Source: Candidatus Melainabacteria bacterium
GTDB lineage: Bacteria > Cyanobacteriota > Vampirovibrionia > 2-02-FULL-35-15
Assembly: GCA_023250155.1 (NCBI GenBank)
Contig: JAHFBG010000010.1
Span: 17,832-81,831, forward strand
Direction of reading: 5' to 3'
Length of the DNA stretch: 64,000 bases
Shown here: positions 10,401-19,636 of the stretch, one piece after another
Numbering within the stretch: the stretch's first letter is position 1
Layout of the letters: each line of letters opens with the position of its first letter
Program-made: the position numbers and the translations under genes
The notes under the pieces: generated by a model
Told to the model about the DNA's origin: nothing
Databases searched by the model: none
Seen by the model: only the letters and a program-made list of their open reading frames with translations

Positions 10401-13400
10401 GAGCTTCCTGAAGAAGAAGTACTAATTACACTAACGGCAATACCACCTGATGAACTTGAAGAATTTCCTGACGAGCTTGAGCTAGATGAACTAGATGATG
10501 AGCCTGAAGATGAACTGCTACTAGAAGATGATGATGAGACTATAGGAGAAAGGGCTTTACATGAGAATGGAATCTTTCCTACCTTACTACCACTAACAAA
10601 CCAAAGACCATCAACTCCTGTAATTAAGGCATTACCACCACCACCCAAAGATTCATAAACATAAGTATTGTCTTTAAGAGTATAAAGAGAAATCGTTCCA
10701 TCCTTTGTGATTTTTCCAACTTTATTGCCAGCAGGAAACCAAACATTTCCATCCCCGCCTAGTGTTAAACTTCTAGCATAAGTACTGTCTGCAATGTTAT
10801 AAAAAGAAACTGTTCCATCTTTTGTGATCTTTCCAACTTTATTGCCAGCAGGAAACCAGACATTACTATCCCCACCCAGTATTAAACTTCTGGCATAAGT
10901 ACTGTCTTTAAGAGTATAAAGAGAAACTTCTCCATCTTTTGTAATCTTTCCAACTTTATCACCAGCAGGGAACCAAACATTGCCATCCCCACCTAGTATT
11001 AAGCTTCTAGCATAAGTACTGTCTTTAAGAGTATAAAGAGAAACTTCTCCATCTTTTGTAATCTTTCCAATTTTGTCAGTAGCAGCAAACCAGATATTAC
11101 CATCTCCACCTAACACTAAAGAGTTTCCACTCTCAAGAGAATTGGAAGAAATATAAGCATTGTCTTTAAGAGTATAAATAGTGCTCTCTCCATCTTTTGT
11201 AATTTTTCCGATTTTATTGCCAACAGGAAACCAAACATTACCATCCCCACCTAGTACTAAACTTTTGGTAGAAACATTGTCTTTGAGAGTATAAATAGTG
11301 CTCTCTCCATCTTTTGTGATTTTTCCGATTTTAGTATCAGCCGCAAACCAGACATTACCATCTCCACCTAGTACTAAAGGGGTTCCACTGTCATAGAGAA
11401 AAGAAGAAATATAAGCATTGTCTTTAAGAGTATAAAGAGTGTTTTCACCATCTTTTGTAATCTTCCCAATTTTATTCCCAGAAGGAAACCAAATACTGCC
11501 ATCCCCTCCTAGCACTAAACTTCTGGCATAAGTATTGTCTTTAAGAGTATAAAGAGAAATATTCTCTGCTTTCAATTCTTCTGATGAACAGCTTGATCCA
11601 CTTAGAGATGGTATTGTAGGAGAAAGGGCTTTACATGAGAATGGAATCTTTCCTACCTTACTACCACTAACAAACCAAAGACCATCAACTCCTGTAATTA
11701 AGGCATTACCACCACCACCCAAAGATTCATAAACATAAGTATTGTCTTTAAGAGTATAAAGAGAAATCGTTCCATCCTTTGTGATTTTTCCAACTTTATT
11801 GCCAGCAGGAAACCAAACATTTCCATCCCCGCCTAGTGTTAAACTTCTAGCATAAGTACTGTCTGCAATGTTATAAAAAGAAACTGTTCCATCTTTTGTG
11901 ATCTTTCCAACTTTATTGCCAGCAGGAAACCAGACATTACTATCCCCACCCAGTATTAAACTTCTGGCATAAGTACTGTCTTTAAGAGTATAAAGAGAAA
12001 CTTCTCCATCTTTTGTAATCTTTCCAACTTTATCACCAGCAGGGAACCAAACATTGCCATCCCCACCTAGTATTAAGCTTCTAGCATAAGTACTGTCTTT
12101 AAGAGTATAAAGAGAAACTTCTCCATCTTTTGTAATCTTTCCAATTTTGTCAGTAGCAGCAAACCAGATATTACCATCTCCACCTAACACTAAAGAGTTT
12201 CCACTCTCAAGAGAATTGGAAGAAATATAAGCATTGTCTTTAAGAGTATAAATAGTGCTCTCTCCATCTTTTGTAATTTTTCCGATTTTATTGCCAACAG
12301 GAAACCAAACATTACCATCCCCACCTAGTACTAAACTTTTGGTAGAAACATTGTCTTTGAGAGTATAAATAGTGCTCTCTCCATCTTTTGTGATTTTTCC
12401 GATTTTAGTATCAGCCGCAAACCAGACATTACCATCTCCACCTAGTACTAAAGGGGTTCCACTGTCATAGAGAAAAGAAGAAATATAAGCATTGTCTTTA
12501 AGAGTATAAAGAGTGTTTTCACCATCTTTTGTAATCTTCCCAATTTTATTCCCAGAAGGAAACCAAATACTGCCATCCCCTCCTAGCACTAAACTTCTGG
12601 CATAAGTATTGTCTTTAAGAGTATAAAGAGAAATATTCTCTGCTTTCAATTCTTCTGATGAACAGCTTGATAATCCACCTGAAGAACTTGGCGATAAGCC
12701 AGAGCTACTAGAAGATCCGCTTGAAGAGCTTGAAGATAGACCAGAGCTACTGGAAGATCCACTTGATGAAGATGCTAGCAATAAACCACCTGATGAACTT
12801 GAAGAAGAAACAACACAATCTGCAAAACCAAGACAGCTAGATGGGTTTGTAGGACAACAACCATTTATACAACAAAGGGCTCCACACTGTGTATAAGTAC
12901 ACGAAGTAGTAGATGGTGGTACTGGGATACATGTGTTATTAAGAAGTGCAGAAACTTGAGTGGCACTAAGGGCATTGTCATAGATTCTTACTTCATCAAG
13001 TCGCCCATTAAACGAACGATCATATCCTGCCATTGCGCTTTGTCTGGCACCAACAGAAACTATATGTGTATTAGTATCTAAAGCACCTTGAGCAGTACTT
13101 GCACTATTATTTTCTGTACCATTAATATATATGCGTGAAGTGATTCCATCATAAGTAGCTGCTAAATGAGTCCATGCAGTTGAAATTCCACCAGTAGCAG
13201 TAACACCATATGAAGTTCCACCTTTCCAGAAGAAAAAGCGATATTGATTACCAGTGCAGTCTAAACACCAGACCTCACCACCATTTCCATTTCCTTTACA
13301 GGCAATGGCATTGTCATTTGTTTGGGTACTACTATTTGGTTTCACCCATGCAGCAATGGTAACATTAGAAACATTAAACGATGCGTTATTTCCCACGTCT

Positions 13401-13684
13401 ACATAATCATCAGCCCCATCAAGACTCAAACTATAAGAACTACCAAAACACCTATTTGGTATGTCTGTAATTGTTGAATATGTTGGTCCATTAGTTAGTG
13501 TCCCTGTATTAGTTCCTTGAGAGTCAGTTGCTGTAGTACCACTACCTTCTTCAAATGAATAATAAGAAACTAGAGCAGCATTAGCTGACATGACTTGCTG
13601 AAAAGAAAGAAGCAAACAAAGTATAACTTTAAAAAATACTTTAAATACTTGTGGTTTTAATTTAGAAGAGATTTTTTCTAACAT
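7460..13684 (-). CDS. Giant secreted protein: LamG-like domain, four Vgb-like beta-propeller repeat blocks, Ser/Pro linkers, basic C-terminus
   Basis: Signal peptide; YSFEEGSGTTATDS...FNGRLDEVRIY (LamG/ConA); dozens of GPDGNIWFTE / GGDGNVWF repeats typical of virginiamycin B lyase-like propellers. Confidence 0.85.
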   Translation of the reverse strand: MLEKISSKLKPQVFKVFFKVILCLLLSFQQVMSANAALVSYYSFEEGSGTTATDSQGTNTGTLTNGPTYSTITDIPNRCFGSSYSLSLDGADDYVDVGNNASFNVSNVTIAAWVKPNSSTQTNDNAIACKGNGNGGEVWCLDCTGNQYRFFFWKGGTSYGVTATGGISTAWTHLAATYDGITSRIYINGTENNSASTAQGALDTNTHIVSVGARQSAMAGYDRSFNGRLDEVRIYDNALSATQVSALLNNTCIPVPPSTTSCTYTQCGALCCINGCCPTNPSSCLGFADCVVSSSSSSGGLLLASSSSGSSSSSGLSSSSSSGSSSSSGLSPSSSGGLSSCSSEELKAENISLYTLKDNTYARSLVLGGDGSIWFPSGNKIGKITKDGENTLYTLKDNAYISSFLYDSGTPLVLGGDGNVWFAADTKIGKITKDGESTIYTLKDNVSTKSLVLGGDGNVWFPVGNKIGKITKDGESTIYTLKDNAYISSNSLESGNSLVLGGDGNIWFAATDKIGKITKDGEVSLYTLKDSTYARSLILGGDGNVWFPAGDKVGKITKDGEVSLYTLKDSTYARSLILGGDSNVWFPAGNKVGKITKDGTVSFYNIADSTYARSLTLGGDGNVWFPAGNKVGKITKDGTISLYTLKDNTYVYESLGGGGNALITGVDGLWFVSGSKVGKIPFSCKALSPTIPSLSGSSCSSEELKAENISLYTLKDNTYARSLVLGGDGSIWFPSGNKIGKITKDGENTLYTLKDNAYISSFLYDSGTPLVLGGDGNVWFAADTKIGKITKDGESTIYTLKDNVSTKSLVLGGDGNVWFPVGNKIGKITKDGESTIYTLKDNAYISSNSLESGNSLVLGGDGNIWFAATDKIGKITKDGEVSLYTLKDSTYARSLILGGDGNVWFPAGDKVGKITKDGEVSLYTLKDSTYARSLILGGDSNVWFPAGNKVGKITKDGTVSFYNIADSTYARSLTLGGDGNVWFPAGNKVGKITKDGTISLYTLKDNTYVYESLGGGGNALITGVDGLWFVSGSKVGKIPFSCKALSPIVSSSSSSSSSSSGSSSSSSSSSSSGNSSSSSGGIAVSVISTSSSGSSSSSSSSSSSSSGSPEEDISGQCPINKTQKFELKSASNPLNIILGSDGNLWFTEAGRNQIGKIADNGDITEYKVPTQGSYPFNLTVGSDNNIWFTEFDANKIGRITKDGDFTEYKIPTLKSKPIGITSGPDGNIWFTERDGNKIGKIIVQQSLQPILGAPTFSDIIEYKIPTQDSNPYGIVAGPSGDIWFTEFDANKIGRITRDGSVVEYKIPTQDSSPYGIALGLDDNVWFTEKDGNRIGKIDSNNGNITEYKIPADCSPANIITGPDGSLWFTEKTQKNKSRIWRLTTDGDFFKYAPTTNFTKPSSLAFGPDNDLWFTEPSTNVIGRASFACKFVPPVVVVLSSSSSGLLSGPILQKHDIPTVASNPFGITKGLDGSLWFTEVGKNKIGQASINGQITEYDLPQNDSGPLNITTAFDGNIWFTEKLKNKVGKISSDGMITELDVSSTTTDIATGSDGNLWFGETAKKIGTVAIDGRITEFDVPDVPAYLSLGPDGDIWFTESSKNKIGKIAIDGRVAEFDIPTISSLPSDLTLGPDNNLWFIESGAKKIGKIAIDGSVIEFNLPIDSGLPNRITVGPDGNIWFTIKGKNNDGLGKVSLNGDITTYNLPKKFSTPNDITSGPDRNLWFTIDDEVIPSANTTPSTIIELKDSIGTFIVSLLPVLSPPASPGPVTNTSTTSSGGGTGLNTLGGVSSSSGTVVVNPTPPTNPISNPPAPNPPPPVVENIPVVSSEPISVPNIVNGTMVSTFDSSQLIAGSENAIFLRNLTGNIKDLITNTNQNIFVQITDNAGKIHKVQASVYLPPGAEDSPLLITDLVPEDLTDTALLNLVILVGDAPVAQTVVSVVKPRIDSTSPISVVNKPLNTLQPVIEQIKVFRKKKRLRVKMRGGNFFRAKRVLVNKRKKIRKKVAQTIFEIIPSENLVFKKRFIGKGRRKANVLFTILDKNIKGEFVLVITNPYGRTVKLIEVPQRAKKKKKKSR
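10543..12671. repeat. Tandem direct duplication, 1055 bp x2 (10543-11597 and 11617-12671), period 1074 bp
   Basis: Copies read identical by eye at the DNA level; the translated ~350-aa blocks are identical. Confidence 0.92.
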
Positions 13685-13805
13685 ACTGTCAATTTGCTTT
13701 TTCGTATCTTAGTATATTAAATAAAATAATATAAGCAATTTGAAACATTTGTTATATGAGATTAGTTATAATAGCTTAATAAAGAATAAAAACTAAATAC
13801 TTGAC

Positions 13806-13994
13806 TTAATCTTCAAATATTGTAGCTTCTTCTATAAATGCAATAGCTGGAAATAAGTGTTCTTGAGTATTTGGAACCATTTCTTCTATTAATACCCAGG
13901 CTTTTTTTTGAGTGGATTCACTAGATTCATCTTTAATAACAAAAGATGGATATTTTTTAGTTGTATCTATTATAGGAATTACCTTTAGATTCAT
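13806..13994 (-). CDS. Small hypothetical protein
   Basis: 62-aa ORF from the track. Confidence 0.4.
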   Translation of the reverse strand: MNLKVIPIIDTTKKYPSFVIKDESSESTQKKAWVLIEEMVPNTQEHLFPAIAFIEEATIFED

Positions 13995-14053
13995 TTTTTA
14001 ATGGTTGCATATTGTCTTTTGATTGTAAATAGAATTTAAATTCTATAATTATT

Positions 14054-14353
14054 CTATTTGTCGTCTTGATTAAACAATTCATATGCCATAGATGAAAAAT
14101 TTCTAAGGATCTCACTGTAATTGTTTTTTGATAACTCCTGAAGTATTTCCAGAAGTTTTGGAATATCATCTTTTTGAAATGCCCACCTTCCACAAAGTAC
14201 TAAATCTAAAGTGTATTCAGCATAGATTAGATTGTATGCTTGTAGTCGTTCATCAATAAACTTATTAATATCTTTAACTAGGATTGGACTACCTTGCTTT
14301 TTAGGAAAGGCTCTTTGTATATATACCTGCTGATTTAGTGATTTTACTTGCAT
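14054..14353 (-). CDS. Hypothetical protein
   Basis: 99-aa ORF; GATAAT 7 nt before ATG. Confidence 0.6.
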   Translation of the reverse strand: MQVKSLNQQVYIQRAFPKKQGSPILVKDINKFIDERLQAYNLIYAEYTLDLVLCGRWAFQKDDIPKLLEILQELSKNNYSEILRNFSSMAYELFNQDDK

Positions 14354-14504
14354 GGATATGATTATCCAATAGTACTTACCAAGAAAGTGAAAACTTTATT
14401 TTTGCTTTAGAATTGAATTAGTAAAGATTAGAGTTCATCTAGCTTTACAAGCTTACAAACCTAATTTTAAGTAATAAGAAGTAGTAAGATATAAAAACAA
14501 TAAA

Positions 14505-15056
14505 ATGCAAATCCCAAAACACTACCAATCACTATTTATAAGATTTATACGATTTGCTTGTGGAATGACAATTTTTGCACTACTTAGTGGAATTCTTTTT
14601 CAGGAGTCAACAAAAAAAATACCTTTTAGTGCAACCTATCCACCAGGGATTCATTTGGAGTCAACTTATCATTTAGCACTAGTTCATGGACATGCTTTTT
14701 TAATTGGAGTATTAATACCATTAGCAGTAATTGGGATGTTGTATTTTGGACTTTTATTAGGTGGAAAAACTGTCTCTAAAAACCAAACAGAATGGGGTTC
14801 ATGGCTTTATTTACCTAGTGCATTTTTATCTATAATGCTTATGATTTATAAAGGATATCATTATGTCCTTTCTGTCCGTATGGGGCAATTAGACTTTGTA
14901 CAAATAGATCATAGTTTTTTCGGGGGCTCACATTTGCTTAGGCAAATAGTTTATGGTTTATCTCATACATCAATGTCAATAGGACTAGGCATTTTAGTCA
15001 TTGCAATCTGGAGAAGCTTGTCTGGTTTAAAATTTACAGAAACCAAGACTGATTAA
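14505..15056 (+). CDS. Integral membrane protein, DUF2871-like
   Basis: Four hydrophobic segments, LALVHGHAFLIG and GLSH motifs. Confidence 0.65.
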   Translation: MQIPKHYQSLFIRFIRFACGMTIFALLSGILFQESTKKIPFSATYPPGIHLESTYHLALVHGHAFLIGVLIPLAVIGMLYFGLLLGGKTVSKNQTEWGSWLYLPSAFLSIMLMIYKGYHYVLSVRMGQLDFVQIDHSFFGGSHLLRQIVYGLSHTSMSIGLGILVIAIWRSLSGLKFTETKTD

Positions 15057-15108
15057 TTGTTTTTTTCTTAATTTTGTATATATTATTCTAAAAAGTTATA
15101 ATGCTTTC

Positions 15109-15849
15109 ATGTCAACACTTCGCATAATAGATGGAGCAGATCTCCAATTTCGGGACAAACGAGGACTTCCATTTTACGATAATGCAGATTACTGTGATCA
15201 GAAACAAACACAACAAAAAGACGAACTTTTTATTCAAACAGATAGAGAGTTTTCAGCATATAAATCATTCTTTTATTTGAACAAAAATAAACTTGAAGGT
15301 AAAAAGATCTTAAATGTAGGTGGTGGTATAAAAGATTTATTTGGTAGAGAAGCTGCACTATATGGTGCAGAGGTATACTCTATTTCTCCTGCATATAAAT
15401 TAAAAAAATATAGTACTCCTCTACAAAGAGGAGTACGTGGAAAACCAGAATTAAAATATACTGGCAGATGCATTGCTGCTCGTGCACAAAACCTCCCATT
15501 TCCTGATGATACTTTTGATTATGTTCTTGCATTTAACTCTATCCCTTGTTATGTGAATCTTCTTGAGGATTTATATCTTGGAATGAAGGAAATGGTAAGA
15601 GTCGTTAAACCGAATCATGAAATAATGATTGCATCAATGATGGATTATAGAAATGAACTAGGTCCTGTGATTAGAAAATGGCTTCGAGATATTGAGTGTA
15701 AAGTTTATAAAAAAGATATTGAAGTACTTGGTATTAGAAAAAAACATCCAGGAGTTTATCCACCAGGTGTTCTGCCTAAAAGTAATTCCTTAAATCTTTC
15801 TACTCATCATGAAAATACTTTTTGGACTAAACAAGGCTTTCTTGCTTAG
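15109..15849 (+). CDS. Class I SAM-dependent methyltransferase
   Basis: KILNVGGG motif I; AQNLPFPDDTFDYV; EMVRVVKP. Confidence 0.8.
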   Translation: MSTLRIIDGADLQFRDKRGLPFYDNADYCDQKQTQQKDELFIQTDREFSAYKSFFYLNKNKLEGKKILNVGGGIKDLFGREAALYGAEVYSISPAYKLKKYSTPLQRGVRGKPELKYTGRCIAARAQNLPFPDDTFDYVLAFNSIPCYVNLLEDLYLGMKEMVRVVKPNHEIMIASMMDYRNELGPVIRKWLRDIECKVYKKDIEVLGIRKKHPGVYPPGVLPKSNSLNLSTHHENTFWTKQGFLA

Positions 15850-15912
15850 TAAATTAACAAACCTCTTATTTCATTATTATAGATATAATGTTTTTATAAA
15901 CCTGGTGAATAA

Positions 15913-16455
15913 ATGGCTTTAACTTATATTGGAAAACAAATAAAAATTAGAAGACACAAACTTTCTGATGCAGATGATATTTATAGAAATATAAGTGACA
16001 AAACAATTTATAGATTTACAAGAACAATTCCATACCCATACAAGAAAAGAGATGCAATCGACTTTGTAGAAAGCACTGCCGGACTAAGAAACAAGAAATC
16101 AGCATATCAATTTGCAATAGCAGAAAAAATAACTGATAAAGTAATTGGTGGGATTGGTCTTATGAACTTTGATTGGAAGAATAAAAATGCAGAATTGGGT
16201 TATTGGATAGGCAAGAAATATCGAGGTAAAGGTTATGCACCAGAGGCAATAAACCTAATCTTAAAGTTTGGGTTTAAAGAACTGAAGCTAAATAGAATTT
16301 GGGCTGCTGCATTTGAGACAAATATTTCTTCAATTAAGGTTTTAAAGAAAACTAATTTTAAATATGAAGGCTTGATGCGAAAAACCGTTCTTAAACTTGG
16401 TAAATGGCAAAATCAAGTTATGTATTCTATGCTTAGCTCTGAGTTTAAACCATAA
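15913..16455 (+). CDS. GNAT acetyltransferase, RimJ/RimL family
   Basis: AELGYWIGKKYRGKGY; NISSIKVLKKTNFKYEG. Confidence 0.9.
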   Translation: MALTYIGKQIKIRRHKLSDADDIYRNISDKTIYRFTRTIPYPYKKRDAIDFVESTAGLRNKKSAYQFAIAEKITDKVIGGIGLMNFDWKNKNAELGYWIGKKYRGKGYAPEAINLILKFGFKELKLNRIWAAAFETNISSIKVLKKTNFKYEGLMRKTVLKLGKWQNQVMYSMLSSEFKP

Positions 16456-16465
16456 GAGATAAGCA

Positions 16466-16666
16466 ATGACTGAAATTGTTAAATACAGACAGTTGCATGA
16501 AGATGATTTTGAAGAAATCTATAATGTTGCTTTTGAAGCATGGAGTTATACATACAAAGACATTGTTACATCTTCCTATATAAAAAATTCTATTGATAAA
16601 TTTTACTCACCTGAAGTACTTCAAAAACATAACCTATTCTACTTAGTCTTGGACTGTTTAGGTTAA
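16466..16666 (+). pseudogene. Truncated GNAT acetyltransferase (N-terminal third)
   Basis: YRQLHEDDFEEIYNVAFEAWSYTYKDIV resembles GNAT N-termini; ends at 66 aa with no acetyl-CoA motif. Confidence 0.55.
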
Positions 16667-16715
16667 AATATCTACGTAATGTAATGTTTTCTGTAAGTCA
16701 AAAAATGAGGGATAT

Positions 16716-17801
16716 ATGAAAAAACAATTAATAGTTTCTATAGCATTAACAATACTTTTTTTTACAACCAATAAGTCTTTTAGTGAGGTTTTAGTAAACA
16801 CTGGTGGTAAAAGTAATGGTGCTTCATTAGCAGGAGAAGCTGGACCAAAAGGAATAAATCAAACTGTTACATTAAGAAAATCAGGTGGAAGTATTAAACA
16901 AGCAAAAGCAAGAGGACTGTTTTCAAAGACTAATGTAAATCTTGGAAATCAAGTGGTTTCTAGAGGTACGAAAGGTGATCCAAAATTAACTCATGTAGAT
17001 GCAAATTCTATATTTGCTGGAACAGGTACATTTATGTCAGATGATGGCAATCCAGTAGAAAACTTTACAATCGGACTCGATGTTCATGGAATATTGAAGT
17101 GTAAATCAAATGCAATGAGTACCTTTTTTTCAATTGCTCAAACTGGTGTAGAACTAATCATAGATGATGACTCAAAGTTTTCGGGTACAGCTACACAAGA
17201 TGGTACAGGACCATTCTTTGACTCTGGTGATTTAAAAGGACAGTTTCAAATGGGGGCTAACATAGCAATGATAACTAAACAATTCCCAATAAATCTCGGG
17301 ACATTGGAAGATGGACAAAAACTGCCTTTCCTTTTTATTGGTACAACACTCGTTTCTTATGGAGAAATGGTTGGGATTAAATTTTGCTCAGCAGATTTTC
17401 TTAAAACTTCTTCATTTGAACCTTTAGCTGGGCAAAAAGGGGCATTAGATCTTAAAGCTGGTAAACAAGTCATTGTCATTTATATTGACAGTGATACTTC
17501 TATTGTTAGTGGTAATGAAAAACTTTTAATTGAAAGTCAAGATTCCAACTTGATAAGTAATATTAAACCAGGCAGTATTAAAGTTATTTTTCCTACTAAT
17601 GTAACCTATGATGCCAATACGGGGACTCCAGGAGACCTTAATTCTAATGGTCTTACAGATAGTGAGCTAACTGTAGGTGGCTCATCAACTACTCTTGCAA
17701 CAACTATTTCTACAAGAGGAATTAATACATTAGTGGTTTATGGACAAACAACAACTGGTGAAACTTTCTATGGATTACTCGATGTAAGTAAATTAAAATA
17801 A
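16716..17801 (+). CDS. Hypothetical secreted Gly/Thr-rich protein
   Basis: 361-aa ORF, signal peptide, GAGG RBS. Confidence 0.75.
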   Translation: MKKQLIVSIALTILFFTTNKSFSEVLVNTGGKSNGASLAGEAGPKGINQTVTLRKSGGSIKQAKARGLFSKTNVNLGNQVVSRGTKGDPKLTHVDANSIFAGTGTFMSDDGNPVENFTIGLDVHGILKCKSNAMSTFFSIAQTGVELIIDDDSKFSGTATQDGTGPFFDSGDLKGQFQMGANIAMITKQFPINLGTLEDGQKLPFLFIGTTLVSYGEMVGIKFCSADFLKTSSFEPLAGQKGALDLKAGKQVIVIYIDSDTSIVSGNEKLLIESQDSNLISNIKPGSIKVIFPTNVTYDANTGTPGDLNSNGLTDSELTVGGSSTTLATTISTRGINTLVVYGQTTTGETFYGLLDVSKLK

Positions 17802-17829
17802 TTAGACTTGAAAAGAAAGTGCTGGTAGT

Positions 17830-17999
17830 CTTACCCTGCACCATATCACTCCACCTTGACAAGCAATATAAAGAATTGCTAACTCTCCTTTGTTTGGTTC
17901 CATGTATTCAATGCTTAGCTCTGAGTTTAAACCATCAGAGATAAATGATGATTTTGAAGAAATCTATAATGTTGCTTTTGCAAGCATGGAATCATACAT
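17830..17999. repeat. Degenerate duplicated fragments: DoxX 3' end copy (17830-17894) plus GNAT-junction copy (17902-17999)
   Basis: 17830-17894 aligns with ~18009-18091 with an 18-nt gap; 17902-17999 aligns with 16420-16553 with a ~37-nt gap. Confidence 0.8.
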
Positions 18000-18385
18000 T
18001 ATTCTTTCTTATCCAGACACCATGTCACTCCGCCATGACAGGCAATGCAAAGAAAAACAAAGCAATAAAGTGCTGCTAATTCTCCTTTATTAACCGCTGG
18101 AAAAAACTCAGATCCTAGTCGAAATTGCCAATGAAACTGAAAATAAGCTACAGCCATGGTACCACTTGCTAAGAAAGCGGCCCATCTGGTTTGTAAGCCT
18201 ATCATCACAAGCAAGCCACAGATTAGTTCAATAATTCCACCAAACCAATGTTGAGATCCTATAGGAGGCTGAAAGTCAGCTAGAATACCAAAAATTTTCT
18301 GAACTCCATGAAACAAGAACATAAATCCTGTTACAATTCGCATTAATGCATAAGCTTGATTACTATATTTAGCAAGCTGTTTCAT
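17999..18385 (-). CDS. DoxX family membrane protein
   Basis: LMRIVTGFMFLFHGVQKIFG, IELICGLLVMIGLQTRWAA, NKGELAALY. Confidence 0.9.
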   Translation of the reverse strand: MKQLAKYSNQAYALMRIVTGFMFLFHGVQKIFGILADFQPPIGSQHWFGGIIELICGLLVMIGLQTRWAAFLASGTMAVAYFQFHWQFRLGSEFFPAVNKGELAALYCFVFLCIACHGGVTWCLDKKE

Positions 18386-18576
18386 TTATTCCCTCCTTAT
18401 GTTTGATTTTTAAATTATAAGCTTTTCAAAACCAAATGATTTGAAGTTGTTATCTTTTATTTGATTGAACATTATTTAAAATGTTTCTATAGGTTCTCCC
18501 CTAATTAAAAATAATTAAAATGGGAAAAGTTATTACTAGGTTATAAATATTTATTTCAGAAAGTGAGAGGTTAATT

Positions 18577-18918
18577 ATGTCTGGGCTGAATCGATATAAA
18601 ATAAAAAAATTCTTTACCGTTAAAAATATTTTTCTACTTATTTTACTTATTGGAGCTATTGTTTTTAATAACAGCATTAAACCAAAGCCTAGCGCCATAG
18701 CAAATCAATATAAACAACCCTCAAAACCAATCAATATTGTAGCTGCTATAAAAGCTGCACCCGTTACTATTCCAGCCGCTATAAAATCTGCTCAAAAGAA
18801 TATAAGTGATATTGCACAATCTCCTGAAAAGGCTAGAAACTTTCTTGGCGATAAAGTTAAAGAAGGTAAACAAAATTTTAAAGATGCAACTTCAGCACTA
18901 CAACCAAAAAGACGTTAG
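18577..18918 (+). CDS. Hypothetical membrane-anchored protein
   Basis: 113 aa, one N-terminal TM segment, GAGG RBS. Confidence 0.65.
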   Translation: MSGLNRYKIKKFFTVKNIFLLILLIGAIVFNNSIKPKPSAIANQYKQPSKPINIVAAIKAAPVTIPAAIKSAQKNISDIAQSPEKARNFLGDKVKEGKQNFKDATSALQPKRR

Positions 18919-19191
18919 TATTGTTGTTCTAGAATTTTTAACATCTCAGAAAAGACTAACTCTCTTTGACAAAATCCTGCTTCAAATGCTTTAGCCAATA
19001 ACTCATAGTCAGAACAAAATGTTCTAAAATGCTGCTGCTCGCTCTTCGTTTGAATCTCTCCCGCCCAAGGCTCGATTAATTCTTCATGGGTCATACGATG
19101 TATTTTTAACAACATTAATCTTCTTTTAAATTAAAAGATATATTTTAAATGTTAACAATGCAGTTAGAACAAATTCAATTAAGGAAGAAAT

Positions 19192-19632
19192 ATGGGTACA
19201 GAAATAAATGGGATTCAAAACGTTATGGCACAAGGGTTAAATCATTCACAAAATTTAGAGACTCTCAATACAGTAACATCAGAAGGAATGCTCTATGACA
19301 AATATAATAAGTTGACAGATAAGAGACTAGGTCTTCGCCCACCTGATGCAGATTTTCATGATGATCCTAAACTGATAAATGCTATTTCCCAAGAAGGAGC
19401 ATCCCTTGCAAAGTACTATAGTGAACATCAAGACATAAACACACAAAAAGAAAAAGAACTCTTTAGAAACCTGGAAATTCTAGTGGGTAGAGGAGGGATA
19501 AGGACTTCTAGTCCTGAGCAAATTAAAGCAGTTAGAGAATTTCTAAAAAGTTCTGAGGCATTTAAGCCAAATGGAGAATTTAATTTCGATGGATTAATGC
19601 AAGCTTACCAACCAGGATTTCAAATTATGTAG
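19192..19632 (+). CDS. Hypothetical protein
   Basis: 146-aa ORF, AAGGA RBS. Confidence 0.65.
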   Translation: MGTEINGIQNVMAQGLNHSQNLETLNTVTSEGMLYDKYNKLTDKRLGLRPPDADFHDDPKLINAISQEGASLAKYYSEHQDINTQKEKELFRNLEILVGRGGIRTSSPEQIKAVREFLKSSEAFKPNGEFNFDGLMQAYQPGFQIM

Positions 19633-19636
19633 AATT

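Noticed and set aside
17890-18093. 67-aa plus-strand ORF
   Set aside because: Chimeric read-through of the duplication scar overlapping DoxX.
18915-19115. 66-aa minus-strand ORF or repeat element (shares GAAGAGCGAG with ~58147)
   Set aside because: No RBS or motif, and a 10-nt match is too weak to call either.
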